Below are positions 17,641-27,907 of a stretch of DNA of 64,000 nucleotides, in pieces. The stretch lies in IMG/VR virus record IMGVR_UViG_3300035180_002703, positions 1 to 64,000 of that record; one strand, given 5' to 3'. A program made the translations under genes and the position numbers. This DNA comes from a virus. A model generated the notes under the pieces. That model saw nothing but the letters and a program-made list of their open reading frames with translations, made no database searches and was not told where the DNA came from. Every line of letters starts with the position of its first letter. The first letter of the stretch is position 1.

Positions 17641-19872
17641 ATGACGCCTGACCTGACCATTGTAATACCGACGCTAAACAATGTGCGATATACTGCGCAA
17701 TGTATGGCATCGCTTGCTCATGCGGCAGAAGGCGTCACCTATGAGGTGGTGGTCGTAGATAACGGGAGCGATGACGAAACCCTCTCTTTCGTTGGATCGC
17801 ACACTCCGGGGCAGTTGCGCGGTGGTGCGCAGGGACCATACCCGCCGAAAGCCGTCCGGTTGGTCAAGAACGATGTGCGCCGCGCGCTGGCTCGGTCGTG
17901 GAACATGGGGTTCGACGCTGCCGCCGGACGCCATGTGATCATTTCCAACAACGACGTTATCTATGCTCCCGGGTCCCTACGCGAAATGGTCTATGCTGCG
18001 GAGAGCAGTGACCAGGTCGGGATTGTTCTGCCGCTGTCTCCGCTAGACATTACCACGGCAAAACCGCGGCTTCTCGATCCGTCCAGTGGGCCGGAGGCGA
18101 TGGCGGAAAACATCGAGGAAGTTGCCAGGTGGGACGCCGCGCGATCCAAGATTCCGAATGACGTTATGCCGGTCCGCCATCCATACATCATGCAAGGCGG
18201 GTATGTGTTCCTGCTGAAACGCGATTGCTGGAACGTCGTTGGGAGGTTTGATGAAGAGTATGACCTGACCGGAGAGGATTACGACTACTTCTCCAGGACG
18301 TTGCGTTGGCGTAAGATCGTGCAGGCAAGGCGGGCATATGTAGAACATTTCGAGCGACAAACTCGCATGTGGCTCGGCGATGAAGAACACGAGCATGTCA
18401 TGCGCAATCGTTTTCGCCTTGCCGAGAAGCGAGACGGCCAGATTGAGATGTTCAGCGTTGTGATTCCAAACTATAATCGGATAGAAGCGCTGATTGCCGC
18501 ATTGGACTCGCTTGAACATCAGACGTTCCCGCATTGGAAGGCGTATGTGATCGATGACGGGTCGCCGGACTGGGACCGTATTCAGAAAGGCGTGGCCGAC
18601 CGATTTGGATGGGACGCTGGCCGGGTATGGTTCCTGCACCGACCGAAGAACTTGGGGCCGTCTGCTGCCAGAAACTACGGGCTTCGTTTGACGCGCGGAA
18701 AGTACGTGGCGTTTCTGGATTCCGACGACGTATGGAAGCCCAATCACCTTCAGCGGCATTGGGACGTCCATGAGGTTGGCAAGTATGCGGCGGTTTACTC
18801 CAACCCAGAGTTTGCATGGAGATGGTATGACGCTGATCAGCGCAAGTTTCTTTACCGACCAGACAAGCACCCGACCATCACCTACTGGGGGCCGTTTGAC
18901 AAGGAGAGGCTGAAGGCGTTCAACTACATCCAAACGTCCTCATTGTCGGTGTGGGGGCCTCTGGCGCGTGCGCTGGAGTTCCCGGAGGGAATGCACGTCG
19001 AGGAGGACTGGGAGTACTGCAAGCGCATTGCGGAACACGGTGACATCTATCACCTAGACGAAATAACGTGCCGCTATCATATCAGCCGCAACCCGGAGCA
19101 GGAGCACCTGATTAGCCGAGTGGTATCCTTTGAGACGACAGAAGCGTCGTGGGAAACGCGTCGGCTTGTGGTGATTCCCCACCAGCTGAGCGAGTCGGCC
19201 AAGCTGTCGGTTGTTATCCCGACGAAAGATCGGGCTGGGCTGCTTGGCAGGGCCATAGAATCCTGCATTATCTATCCAGATACGCCGGTGTGTGTTGTCG
19301 ATGATGGATCGGAGGACGCGGAATCTGTCCGTAAGGTAGTAAACGAGGCGCTACTGGGCTGTTTGTTGCGATCCCAGGAGAGCAAAGGCCCTTCATGGGC
19401 AAGAAACCGCGGCGTAGAGTACATGCCGTCCGAGTGGATACAGTTTCTCGATGACGACGACATTTTGACTGCGGATTGGGGGTCTAGGCTGGCCGTGCAC
19501 CTGACGGACGACTGGGATGTTATATTGGCACAAGCATTAGTACCAGATATGATGGGAGGATTCAGGGCTACTGATGATGTGTTCACGTCTCAGGTTGCCG
19601 TGCGCCGGAGCGCGTTCCTGAACGTCGGCGGATTCAAGGAAGATTTGTGGTGGGCTGAGGAGCGCGACCTTGTGGATCGCATGAAGACCTGGGGTGCGCG
19701 CATCAAATACATCAAGACGCCGCTTGTAATACGACCTGCGATTGGCGGTTCCGGTAAGCCTGAAACCGCGCAGAAGAATGAGCCGTGCAATGACTGTGGG
19801 CCTGTGGTCTTCAGGCCGTCCGCGGCACGGGATAAGCCACAGTCGAAGCGGCCTGCGCGCCCTGGATTCTGA
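17641..19872 (+). CDS. Triple-domain GT2 glycosyltransferase
   Basis: Three GT2 starts (TIVIPTLN, SVVIPNYN, SVVIPTKD) each with VVDNGS/IDDGS/VDDGS and NND/DSDD/DDDD motifs. Confidence 0.9.
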   Translation: MTPDLTIVIPTLNNVRYTAQCMASLAHAAEGVTYEVVVVDNGSDDETLSFVGSHTPGQLRGGAQGPYPPKAVRLVKNDVRRALARSWNMGFDAAAGRHVIISNNDVIYAPGSLREMVYAAESSDQVGIVLPLSPLDITTAKPRLLDPSSGPEAMAENIEEVARWDAARSKIPNDVMPVRHPYIMQGGYVFLLKRDCWNVVGRFDEEYDLTGEDYDYFSRTLRWRKIVQARRAYVEHFERQTRMWLGDEEHEHVMRNRFRLAEKRDGQIEMFSVVIPNYNRIEALIAALDSLEHQTFPHWKAYVIDDGSPDWDRIQKGVADRFGWDAGRVWFLHRPKNLGPSAARNYGLRLTRGKYVAFLDSDDVWKPNHLQRHWDVHEVGKYAAVYSNPEFAWRWYDADQRKFLYRPDKHPTITYWGPFDKERLKAFNYIQTSSLSVWGPLARALEFPEGMHVEEDWEYCKRIAEHGDIYHLDEITCRYHISRNPEQEHLISRVVSFETTEASWETRRLVVIPHQLSESAKLSVVIPTKDRAGLLGRAIESCIIYPDTPVCVVDDGSEDAESVRKVVNEALLGCLLRSQESKGPSWARNRGVEYMPSEWIQFLDDDDILTADWGSRLAVHLTDDWDVILAQALVPDMMGGFRATDDVFTSQVAVRRSAFLNVGGFKEDLWWAEERDLVDRMKTWGARIKYIKTPLVIRPAIGGSGKPETAQKNEPCNDCGPVVFRPSAARDKPQSKRPARPGF

Positions 19873-19886
19873 ACGAGAGGCGATAA

Positions 19887-22376
19887 ATGCCCGAGGTTAT
19901 CGGTGTATCAAGAGTAATCCTACAGCCGTTGCATCAGATGTGGACGATGCAGCGCAAGCCTCCAGCCGCCTTCACGGACTTTCTGGGGCAGTATGGCGCG
20001 CTTGGGTTCCCGCAAGTAGACGCGAATGGAATGACGGGCACCCAAACGCAGCATATGGAGATGAACCCAGTAGCCGGATGTGTCCATGCCCGTCGGATAT
20101 TCGTGCCACACAACAACACCATTGCATCCGGCGGAGACCCCTATGTAGTGCATTGCCCAAGGACAGGGCTCCCAAGTATTCCTTGGAGTGTGGTTTATAC
20201 GCGTGATGATGATACGTTTGATGAAGTTGTCCAAAGCGAATTGCATCCGCCGGGCTTCTGCGAGTGCGGCGTTATCCTCCATTGCGATGGGTATCTCCTC
20301 CCGGATGCACCCGCCGATGTAATTGCGAGCGCATATTTGCATGCCAGAGCGACTCTGTCCTCTCCATGCCAAGGGTTCACCGCATTACTGCTGCCGATTT
20401 TTCCGCAAATGACTGACACGGAAGAGGATAACCACCTCGACGTGTCGTGTGCGCTGCGATGGCGGTTGTATGGCGCGTTTTTTGACGAAGGCCCCTACAG
20501 GTGGTATTCGCTATCATTTCGCCCCGCCGGCGATGTGCGATTGGGATACAACGACTATGTCGACTCCGACGGAGAGCCCGTGGCGGATACGTGGGTATGG
20601 ATGGATAGCCCCGCAGTTGGGTCTAATTTGGGCACTCTATTTGCTGGGCAACCCAACCTAAGCTCCGAGTCGTTCATGGCGTGGGCGGGAGACGAAGCGG
20701 GTACTTATCCGTCACATTACGAACGCTCGTATGAATCAGACAATCAGATAGAAGTCCTGCTGATGGGCGGGAACATGCTCGTCACCATAGGCTCTGGGCA
20801 TACCCCGTGGGTCGTGCCGCTGATAGGGACCGACCGGTACGGCAATCACCTCTGGGGGGTGGACTCGTTCGCTGTTGTGTCGTGGGGATGTTTCCATCAC
20901 TTCTGGTCTGTTCACCCTACGAAATTCTACACAGATGCCACGATGGTGTCTAACGAGCAGAACCTTGGGTTCGTGCCCGACTATGCCCAGAATGAAACAT
21001 ATGTAATTCATTGCGGCCCAGACTTTGGCGCTGGGCGAACGGTGGGGTCAACCGGGTGGATACCCGCCGGCTCACCGGTCAGCGCCCAAAGAGAGTATTT
21101 GAATGGCACCAACCTGGTATATCGGTTGAACATCAGCAATGAATCGACAGGGACATGGAACGATAATGACTACGCCGATTACACGGCAGCTGTACGCGGC
21201 GTTTCGGCGTTCATGCCAGGCATTACCTATCGCAGCGGGGGCGGAGCGGTTGCTGTTGCGCCGGAAGTCATCACGGTTAGTCACTCATTCAACCTGTCTG
21301 ACCTTTCGATTACATCGCAGGCGCAGATCACCGTCAACAACTTTACCGGAGTATGGACAAATGATTGGCAATCTGGGTTCCTCGACAATCGCGGCCATGT
21401 GGGGATTACGATTGACTTGGGAGTTATGGGTGGCGGGGTATTTCGGCAGTTTACTGGGATCGGCAATACCCGATACGATGAAGAATGGGGGGCTGGAGGG
21501 GAGAACCACATCCGGATTACCTGCCGAGATGGATGGCTGCCGCTAAACACCCCGAGATGGAACCTGCCGTGGATGGATGGGTGGAATGTTCTCTACGCGT
21601 TGGGGTGGCTGGCAGAACACGGAGGGGTATCTCCAGATAGGATCGCGTGGAGGTCGGCAATCCCGCAGTACCCCTTTGACGAAAACGCGGACGGATCGCC
21701 GAGCTACTTCTTGCCGATCGGCCCTGCCGGCACGCCTCTGACGCGGCACACTGGGGGACAGATGTTGAGTGCCGTAATGAAGAAGATCGCGAACACGATT
21801 GGCTGTTTGCTCTTCTTTGACGTGTGGGGAGTGCTTAGGCTGCAGAAGTTTTCCATCCCAAGCGGGTCGTGGGCAACAAAGACTTTCACCCACACTGCCA
21901 ACTCTAATTTGTCTGAGATATTCGCCGGGGCGTCGTTCTCTTCGGACCTGTCGGAGGTTCGGAACGCAGTAACATGTATCGGCGTGAACGCGATGGGGCC
22001 GTTGTGGAACCCGGTCGTTGCGCACTTCACTGACGAAGGAAGCGTATGGAACGATTCGTCGCCAAACTTCCTGGGATATTACAACCCGCTGGTTTGGGCT
22101 GACAACATCTTCTCCGACATCGACTTCGCATCAGAGGCTGCGTATGAGCTCTTGTCCTTCCTGCGGCTTCCTGCGAAGACAGTCCAGTTTACATCATGGT
22201 TCCCGCCGGACCGGCCCATCTATCCTCTAGATTTGGTAAGAATAGTCAACCCAAGAAGCGGCGCGGGATCGTCCTGGTATAACAACCGTGGCTTCCTTGT
22301 TTTGGCTACCCAGATGATGTTGAAGAAGGGCGCACCACCATCGATCACCATAGCCGGTCGGTGGATGCCTAACTAG
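19887..22376 (+). CDS. Putative tail tip / baseplate hub protein
   Basis: 829 aa beta-rich; hub-like C-terminal half (IRITCRD, LLFFDVWGVLRL, IYPLDLVRI). Confidence 0.55.
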   Translation: MPEVIGVSRVILQPLHQMWTMQRKPPAAFTDFLGQYGALGFPQVDANGMTGTQTQHMEMNPVAGCVHARRIFVPHNNTIASGGDPYVVHCPRTGLPSIPWSVVYTRDDDTFDEVVQSELHPPGFCECGVILHCDGYLLPDAPADVIASAYLHARATLSSPCQGFTALLLPIFPQMTDTEEDNHLDVSCALRWRLYGAFFDEGPYRWYSLSFRPAGDVRLGYNDYVDSDGEPVADTWVWMDSPAVGSNLGTLFAGQPNLSSESFMAWAGDEAGTYPSHYERSYESDNQIEVLLMGGNMLVTIGSGHTPWVVPLIGTDRYGNHLWGVDSFAVVSWGCFHHFWSVHPTKFYTDATMVSNEQNLGFVPDYAQNETYVIHCGPDFGAGRTVGSTGWIPAGSPVSAQREYLNGTNLVYRLNISNESTGTWNDNDYADYTAAVRGVSAFMPGITYRSGGGAVAVAPEVITVSHSFNLSDLSITSQAQITVNNFTGVWTNDWQSGFLDNRGHVGITIDLGVMGGGVFRQFTGIGNTRYDEEWGAGGENHIRITCRDGWLPLNTPRWNLPWMDGWNVLYALGWLAEHGGVSPDRIAWRSAIPQYPFDENADGSPSYFLPIGPAGTPLTRHTGGQMLSAVMKKIANTIGCLLFFDVWGVLRLQKFSIPSGSWATKTFTHTANSNLSEIFAGASFSSDLSEVRNAVTCIGVNAMGPLWNPVVAHFTDEGSVWNDSSPNFLGYYNPLVWADNIFSDIDFASEAAYELLSFLRLPAKTVQFTSWFPPDRPIYPLDLVRIVNPRSGAGSSWYNNRGFLVLATQMMLKKGAPPSITIAGRWMPN

Positions 22377-22450
22377 GGTGTACATGCTGATCATCCTGTT
22401 GGGTTTTATATGTGGGGAGGCGCAATTCATGTAGAGGTGGGCATTGAACT

Positions 22451-22789
22451 ATGGCAGAGGCTGCAGCTGGGATCACGCCGGAAGAGCGCAAGGTTGCGCG
22501 ATACATTGCGACTCACTGGAAAACATTGGTACCAGCATTGGCGGTGATTATTGGCTGGGCAATCCAGTATCAGGTGGGCAACGCCCAGAACGATATTGAG
22601 CATGGCGTTATGAAATCTCAATTGCAGGTGAATGCTGCCGACAATAGGAAAGTGAAAGACGATCTTCTATCGGTGCGCGTACAAACAGAGCAGGAGCTAG
22701 GCGAAGTCAAGGCCGATGTGCGAGAGGTGAAAGCGGATATCCGCGAGGTTCGAGATACTGTTAGATGGATTCGTGGCCGCCTAAGGTAG
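22451..22789 (+). CDS. Single-TM coiled-coil protein (lysis module candidate)
   Basis: TLVPALAVIIGWAI followed by heptad repeats. Confidence 0.55.
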   Translation: MAEAAAGITPEERKVARYIATHWKTLVPALAVIIGWAIQYQVGNAQNDIEHGVMKSQLQVNAADNRKVKDDLLSVRVQTEQELGEVKADVREVKADIREVRDTVRWIRGRLR

Positions 22790-22807
22790 GGCGGAAGGAG
22801 CACTGAA

Positions 22808-23176
22808 ATGAGCATTTGGGGTGGGATCGTACGGATGTTTACTCTGCCAAAGAATCGCAACTCGCTGTCGGATATCCTCGGGCATGACGCTGCGGATGCG
22901 ATTACGGCTACCGTCAACAGCCTGGTCCAGGAGGCTGCGGCAAGCGCGCTGAAGTCGCTTGCTGGCAACATTGAACACGGATCGGACAAGATCGGGGTAG
23001 AAGTCACTCATGCAGTAACGGGAGCCCTCAAGGGGGTTTCGCCGGTACTGGCTGATACAGTCAACGCCGCAGTTGGCGAGGCTATTGGCAATGCGAAGGC
23101 TGTTGCGTTGGATGACGTAGAGAAGCTGACGGCAAAGGTTGTCGATCAGGTCTCTGGCGCGCTGAAGCTAAAGTAG
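22808..23176 (+). CDS. Hypothetical Ala-rich protein
   Basis: RBS AAGGAG; ORF in lysis region. Confidence 0.55.
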   Translation: MSIWGGIVRMFTLPKNRNSLSDILGHDAADAITATVNSLVQEAAASALKSLAGNIEHGSDKIGVEVTHAVTGALKGVSPVLADTVNAAVGEAIGNAKAVALDDVEKLTAKVVDQVSGALKLK

Positions 23177-23181
23177 CTGCC

Positions 23182-23643
23182 ATGCAAATGCTTGTTGGGG
23201 ACGGGTCGTACCTAGCTGTCGGGCTACGCGTTCTGGTTGACGGAGATGACCTGCTGGTCAAGAACGTACGGGCGACGTGGTTCGGCGGGAGTAACGACCC
23301 GGATGATTCTGGCCTTACGGCGTCTGGCGTCTCGACGCGCGGACGCCCAAATCTTATGGGGTGCTCCCTGCCTATGGACCTGGGCCCGGGCGCGAAACAG
23401 AACCCATGCCACGGATCGCCAATCCCGCGAATCCCCTGGTTCACTCGTGTGCGGGTGTATTCTTACGTCAATCAGAGGGTGTTGACCGTCCCGCTTATTG
23501 ACATTGGGCCTTCTCGGCCACCGATCGCGCACGCACCGATCGACCTGACCCAAGCAGCATATCGAGCACTCGCCGGGTCGCTGGAGAAAGATTTGAGCGT
23601 AGACTTCCGCATCATTGGCGGTGCCAGATATCTACACGGATAA
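23182..23643 (+). CDS. RlpA-like double-psi beta-barrel protein, candidate endolysin
   Basis: ATWFG...LTASG...LIDIGP...IDLTQAAYRAL resembles the DPBB/RlpA signature. Confidence 0.65.
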   Translation: MQMLVGDGSYLAVGLRVLVDGDDLLVKNVRATWFGGSNDPDDSGLTASGVSTRGRPNLMGCSLPMDLGPGAKQNPCHGSPIPRIPWFTRVRVYSYVNQRVLTVPLIDIGPSRPPIAHAPIDLTQAAYRALAGSLEKDLSVDFRIIGGARYLHG

Positions 23644-23648
23644 CAGAC

Positions 23649-23816
23649 ATGCTCAAATTTGCTATTCTCACACTGTGCTATGGTATTCTGGCGGCGGCGG
23701 CTACATGGACCGTTACGCCGTCGTGGCGTGCCGCGCTCTGGGGTGGTGTCGTGGGGGCCGCCGCGTACGTCAAGGGCAAGCTCGAAGAGCAGCCGGGTCA
23801 AGACAAGGAGGGCTAA
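23649..23816 (+). CDS. Putative holin (55 aa, two TM segments), absent from the ORF track
   Basis: MLKFAILTLCYGILAAAATWTVTPSWRAALWGGVVGAAAYVKGKLEEQPGQDKEG; fills the gap exactly. Confidence 0.65.
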   Translation: MLKFAILTLCYGILAAAATWTVTPSWRAALWGGVVGAAAYVKGKLEEQPGQDKEG

Positions 23817-24122
23817 ATGGCCGCGACGGATAGACAGATGCAGGACTACTGCGACCAGAGGATTCGCGTGCGAGCCGAACAGGTTCGCGCGCTTCTGGCC
23901 GCGATGCAGGACGACAAGGCCGCGATTGACGACGTCTACGCCCGCGCGAACGATCCTAACTCTCCGTGGGCAGACGCGCGTACGGACGGCCCGCCGCATC
24001 TGCTGGTGAGCAGTGACATATTGGCCTACAACACGTTCATCATGGACATGATCGCGGCGATCCAGAACGACGCGCAGTGGCCTGTGCTATCCAAGGCGTG
24101 CGTGAGGCCGGTCGGGAGCTAA
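23817..24122 (+). CDS. Hypothetical protein
   Basis: RBS AAGGAGG; operon position. Confidence 0.6.
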   Translation: MAATDRQMQDYCDQRIRVRAEQVRALLAAMQDDKAAIDDVYARANDPNSPWADARTDGPPHLLVSSDILAYNTFIMDMIAAIQNDAQWPVLSKACVRPVGS

Positions 24123-24128
24123 TCGGCG

Positions 24129-25448
24129 ATGGCATGGACCGAACGGTACATCACGGCTTCTGCGCCGGGCGGGGGCGACGGGAGTCAAGGTAATCCGTGG
24201 ACGCTCGCCGAGGGGTTGACGAACCTCGCCGCGGGCATGCGCCTCAACCTGCTTGTGGGCACGTATACGAGGACGGCGGGGATCAACGTCACCGTAGGCG
24301 GGCCGCTCGCGATCCAGGGGTATTCGGTAACGCCGGGCGACGGCGGGCGAGCGACGATTGCATTAGGGAACACGAACGATGGCGGCCTGACGTTCAATGC
24401 CGGTTACCAGCAGGCTCGCGACCTTATCCTCACGAGCACCTATGCCGGGGGCAATCAGCTCTATGCAGTATCTATGAACGGCACCGGTTGCACTTGCGAA
24501 CGGGTTATCGCCTCCGGATGGTCTGGCAAAGCGTTCTTCCTGAATGGCAGTGAGGTAAAAACGATCCACTGCGAGGCCTATAACTGCTGCACGAATGGGA
24601 GTTCCGGCCAAGGCGCGTTCACGATCAACTACGACGGCGGCTGCTCGATCATAAGTTGCATTGCTCACGATATCAACCCGGCGAACGCAAACTCCCACGG
24701 GTTCCTGCTGACGGAGGATAACCAGGGCGCAACGATCGTAGATTGCATTGCGGACACATGCGGCGGCTACGGGTTCTATATCAATCGCCAGCGAGTAAAC
24801 CGCATAATCATCAACTGCGACGCGTACAACTGCGCGCTCGGCGGGTTCTATTGCAACGTCGCGTCGTATACGCCGGTTACCTACCTCAAGAACTGCAACG
24901 CGATCAGCAACGGCGGCTATGGCTACGCCTCGGCGCAGGCAGGGAACAAGCTGATCCTGGTGAACTGCTTCGATTACGGGAACACATCTGGTCGATTGTA
25001 CGATACCGGCGGGTGTTCGGACGAGTCGCCGAACAGTCACTATACGGCTGTCCCATATGTCGATGGGCCGAATGGGAACTTCGCGCTCGACCGAGTGAAC
25101 GGCGCGGCTGGGCGCGGGGCGTCTGCCCGATTCCTTCAGACACTCGGCTACACGGCGTCGATCCCGGCCTCGCGCGACATCGGAGCGGCCCAGCACGCGG
25201 ACCCTGTACTCGGTCTGCCTGCTGCAGGGTCGCTTTACGCCGGGAAGACCGTCACGGTAGACGGCACGGCGGCGGTGACTGGCACCCTTCGCGCGTCCAA
25301 CATCTCGAACCCCGACGCCGCGAACGGGGGCGAGGACCTTTCCGCTCCGATCCTCGGCTCGGGGCATACCGTTGACGGGATTGCGGGCAGTCTATCCGGC
25401 GGAAGCAGCGGCGGCATGGGCGGCATATTCGAAACGATCGTGAGGTAG
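24129..25448 (+). CDS. Right-handed beta-helix (pectin lyase-like) tail spike / depolymerase candidate
   Basis: Repeated (I/V)xxC(I/D/E)A(Y/D)NC..GF rungs; N-terminal GDGSQGNPWTL. Confidence 0.75.
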   Translation: MAWTERYITASAPGGGDGSQGNPWTLAEGLTNLAAGMRLNLLVGTYTRTAGINVTVGGPLAIQGYSVTPGDGGRATIALGNTNDGGLTFNAGYQQARDLILTSTYAGGNQLYAVSMNGTGCTCERVIASGWSGKAFFLNGSEVKTIHCEAYNCCTNGSSGQGAFTINYDGGCSIISCIAHDINPANANSHGFLLTEDNQGATIVDCIADTCGGYGFYINRQRVNRIIINCDAYNCALGGFYCNVASYTPVTYLKNCNAISNGGYGYASAQAGNKLILVNCFDYGNTSGRLYDTGGCSDESPNSHYTAVPYVDGPNGNFALDRVNGAAGRGASARFLQTLGYTASIPASRDIGAAQHADPVLGLPAAGSLYAGKTVTVDGTAAVTGTLRASNISNPDAANGGEDLSAPILGSGHTVDGIAGSLSGGSSGGMGGIFETIVR

Positions 25449-25452
25449 GGGC

Positions 25453-27300
25453 ATGTACCTGGGCTCATGGGCGATCAACGACGTTCTAACGTTCAGCGTA
25501 AACACGCATTCGTTCTCAACGGGCGTGGCTACGAACGCCGACTCCGCCCCCACCTATCGCGTTTACGAGGATAACACGGCTACCCCGATTTTGACCGGGT
25601 CCATGAGCGCATTCGATAGTGCGAATGCCGTCGGCCAGTACGTCGCGCAGATAACGTTGAGCGCAGCGAACGGCTTCGAGGTCGGGAAAACGTACACGAT
25701 CCGGGTCGCCGCGACCGTCGGCGGAGTAACTGGGGCATGTGTGCGAACGTTCCAGGTCGGGGCGAAGGTGAACACGACACTGGTAGCCGGTACGGCGCAG
25801 ACCGCGCGCGACCTAGGGAATGCACTCCCTGCTGCGGCTCCCGGCGCGAGCGGAGGACTGCCAACCACCAATGGCTCGAAGCTGCTCCAAACCGCGGACC
25901 TGACAGCTGGGCAGACGATCTCGGCGACCGTGACAGACAAAACCGGATTCGCGCTAACCTCCGCCGAGCATACGCTGATCTCTGGCACCGACGTTCCTGC
26001 CGGCCTAACTGCGCAGGGGTATACGACTACGCGGGCGGGCTATCTCGACACGCTCAACGGGATTGTCGCGGCCATCTGGAATGCTCTGACGTCTGGCATG
26101 GCTACAGTGGGGAGCATCGGTAAGCGCATCGCCGACTATCTCGACGTGGCGGTATCCTCGCGCGGCACGGGCACGGCACTCGACGCTTCGGGCGTACGAT
26201 CCGCGGTAGGTCTCGCCTCGGCGAACCTCGATACACAACTGAGCGGAATCTCGGGCAAGACGAACCTGATACCGGCTTCTCCGGCTGCCGTGGGGTCTGC
26301 AATGACCCTCGCGGCAAACTCCGTCAATGCCGCGGCCATTGCGACAGGTGCAATCGACGCCGATTCGATTGCCGCCGATGCCGTTACTAAGCTCCAGAAC
26401 GGGCTGAGCACCTATGCAGGAACCGATACGCCTGGCACGACTACATTGCTTAGCCGATTGTCCGCAGCGTGGGCATCACTGCTAGACGTCGCAGTGAGCA
26501 CGCGTGGCACGGGAACGGCGCTTGATGCCGCGGGTGTGCGATCTGCTGTTGGCCTGGCATCTGCCAATCTTGATACCCAGCTGGGGGGCATAAAGGCGAA
26601 GACGGACTTGCTCCCAGCCTCTCCCGCCGCCGTCGGGTCCGCGATGACGTTGGCTGCGAACTCAGTCAATGCGGCTGCCATCGCGACTGGCGCAATTGAC
26701 GCCGATTCTATAGCGTCGGATGCCGTTACTAAGCTCCAGAATGGGTTGAGCACGTATCAGGGCACGGACACTCCTGGGACAACTACACTGCTCAATCGCC
26801 TGTCTGCATCATGGGCTTCACTGCTTGACGTCGCTGTCAGCAGCCGTGGTACAGGAACCGCGCTAACTGCTGGTGACGTGCGGGCAGCTATCGGGATGGC
26901 GACAGCCAATCTTGACGCTCAGCTTGCTGCGTTGCCGACGACGGCGCATATCGACGCCAGGACGCTGCCGTCTGCAAGCTACGCATTGCAGTCCAGCCTC
27001 GATGCCCATCTGCCAGCTGCCATCAAGCGCAATCAGCCGCTCCCGGCGTTCGCATTCCAAATGGTCGACGCCACTGATCACGTCACGCCCAAGGCCGGAC
27101 TGACGGTGACCGCGCGGCGCAAACTCGACGGTGGCGCGTGGACCACGTGCACGAACCCGGTGACGTTTGATGCCACGGCTCCGGTTCCGACGTACATGAT
27201 CGACCTCGCGGCGGCGGACCTCAACGGCGCAGTCGTTACGTTGTGCTTTACGGCGAGCGGTGCCGATCCGCTCCAGCTTACACTACTGACGCAGGCATAG
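25453..27300 (+). CDS. Putative tail fibre with 114-aa internal repeats
   Basis: LDVAVS(S/T)RGTGTAL repeats at 26140, 26482, 26824 (342-nt period). Confidence 0.65.
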   Translation: MYLGSWAINDVLTFSVNTHSFSTGVATNADSAPTYRVYEDNTATPILTGSMSAFDSANAVGQYVAQITLSAANGFEVGKTYTIRVAATVGGVTGACVRTFQVGAKVNTTLVAGTAQTARDLGNALPAAAPGASGGLPTTNGSKLLQTADLTAGQTISATVTDKTGFALTSAEHTLISGTDVPAGLTAQGYTTTRAGYLDTLNGIVAAIWNALTSGMATVGSIGKRIADYLDVAVSSRGTGTALDASGVRSAVGLASANLDTQLSGISGKTNLIPASPAAVGSAMTLAANSVNAAAIATGAIDADSIAADAVTKLQNGLSTYAGTDTPGTTTLLSRLSAAWASLLDVAVSTRGTGTALDAAGVRSAVGLASANLDTQLGGIKAKTDLLPASPAAVGSAMTLAANSVNAAAIATGAIDADSIASDAVTKLQNGLSTYQGTDTPGTTTLLNRLSASWASLLDVAVSSRGTGTALTAGDVRAAIGMATANLDAQLAALPTTAHIDARTLPSASYALQSSLDAHLPAAIKRNQPLPAFAFQMVDATDHVTPKAGLTVTARRKLDGGAWTTCTNPVTFDATAPVPTYMIDLAAADLNGAVVTLCFTASGADPLQLTLLTQA

Positions 27301-27302
27301 CC

Positions 27303-27566
27303 ATGATAATCTCCTGGAGTAAACGCGGAACACGATATTTCGATTCAAGTTTCGTGCGTATTCTATATGGACGGCTCGCCGCGGCAGTGAATCGCCGCAA
27401 GGCAGTGCGGATAGTGCCATCCATCCTAGCCGACAGCATTGCCAAAAGCTCGTGTCTTGACATGGAAACGTTAGTATCGTCGGGTGCGATTGTCCGTGAT
27501 ATGGGGGTTGACATAGAAACGTTAGCATCGGCAGGGCCGGTTGTTGCTGGCGCGGAGGTGGAGTAG
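27303..27566 (+). CDS. Hypothetical protein
   Basis: Fills operon between 27300 and 27566. Confidence 0.5.
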   Translation: MIISWSKRGTRYFDSSFVRILYGRLAAAVNRRKAVRIVPSILADSIAKSSCLDMETLVSSGAIVRDMGVDIETLASAGPVVAGAEVE

Positions 27567-27895
27567 TGGATAGAGTTTCCCTAATCAAAGGAGAGTCCCG
27601 CGCCATCAAGGCTGTGGTTCGCACGACGCCCGGACAGACGTTGCAGATCACAGGCACTCCCACCTATGAGCTGACCGATGGGAATGGTGCTATGGTTTCA
27701 TCCGGGAACTGCGGCGGATGGGACACTGACGCCAAACAGGCCCCGGAGGCATATGCCCTGATAGCGACGGCGGCTGTGGACCCGGGTGCATATGATCTTC
27801 TGGTTACAATGGACGTTGTAGACTCGAACTCGGTGCAACAGAGAGTAAAAGTCCATTGCGTCATAGAGGTCATACATCACCCGCCGTGGCCATAG
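27566..27895 (+). CDS. Hypothetical Ig-like virion protein
   Basis: Beta-rich 109 aa with PGAYDLLVT; RBS GGAGG. Confidence 0.5.
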   Translation: MDRVSLIKGESRAIKAVVRTTPGQTLQITGTPTYELTDGNGAMVSSGNCGGWDTDAKQAPEAYALIATAAVDPGAYDLLVTMDVVDSNSVQQRVKVHCVIEVIHHPPWP

Positions 27896-27907
27896 AGCGG
27901 AGGCATT

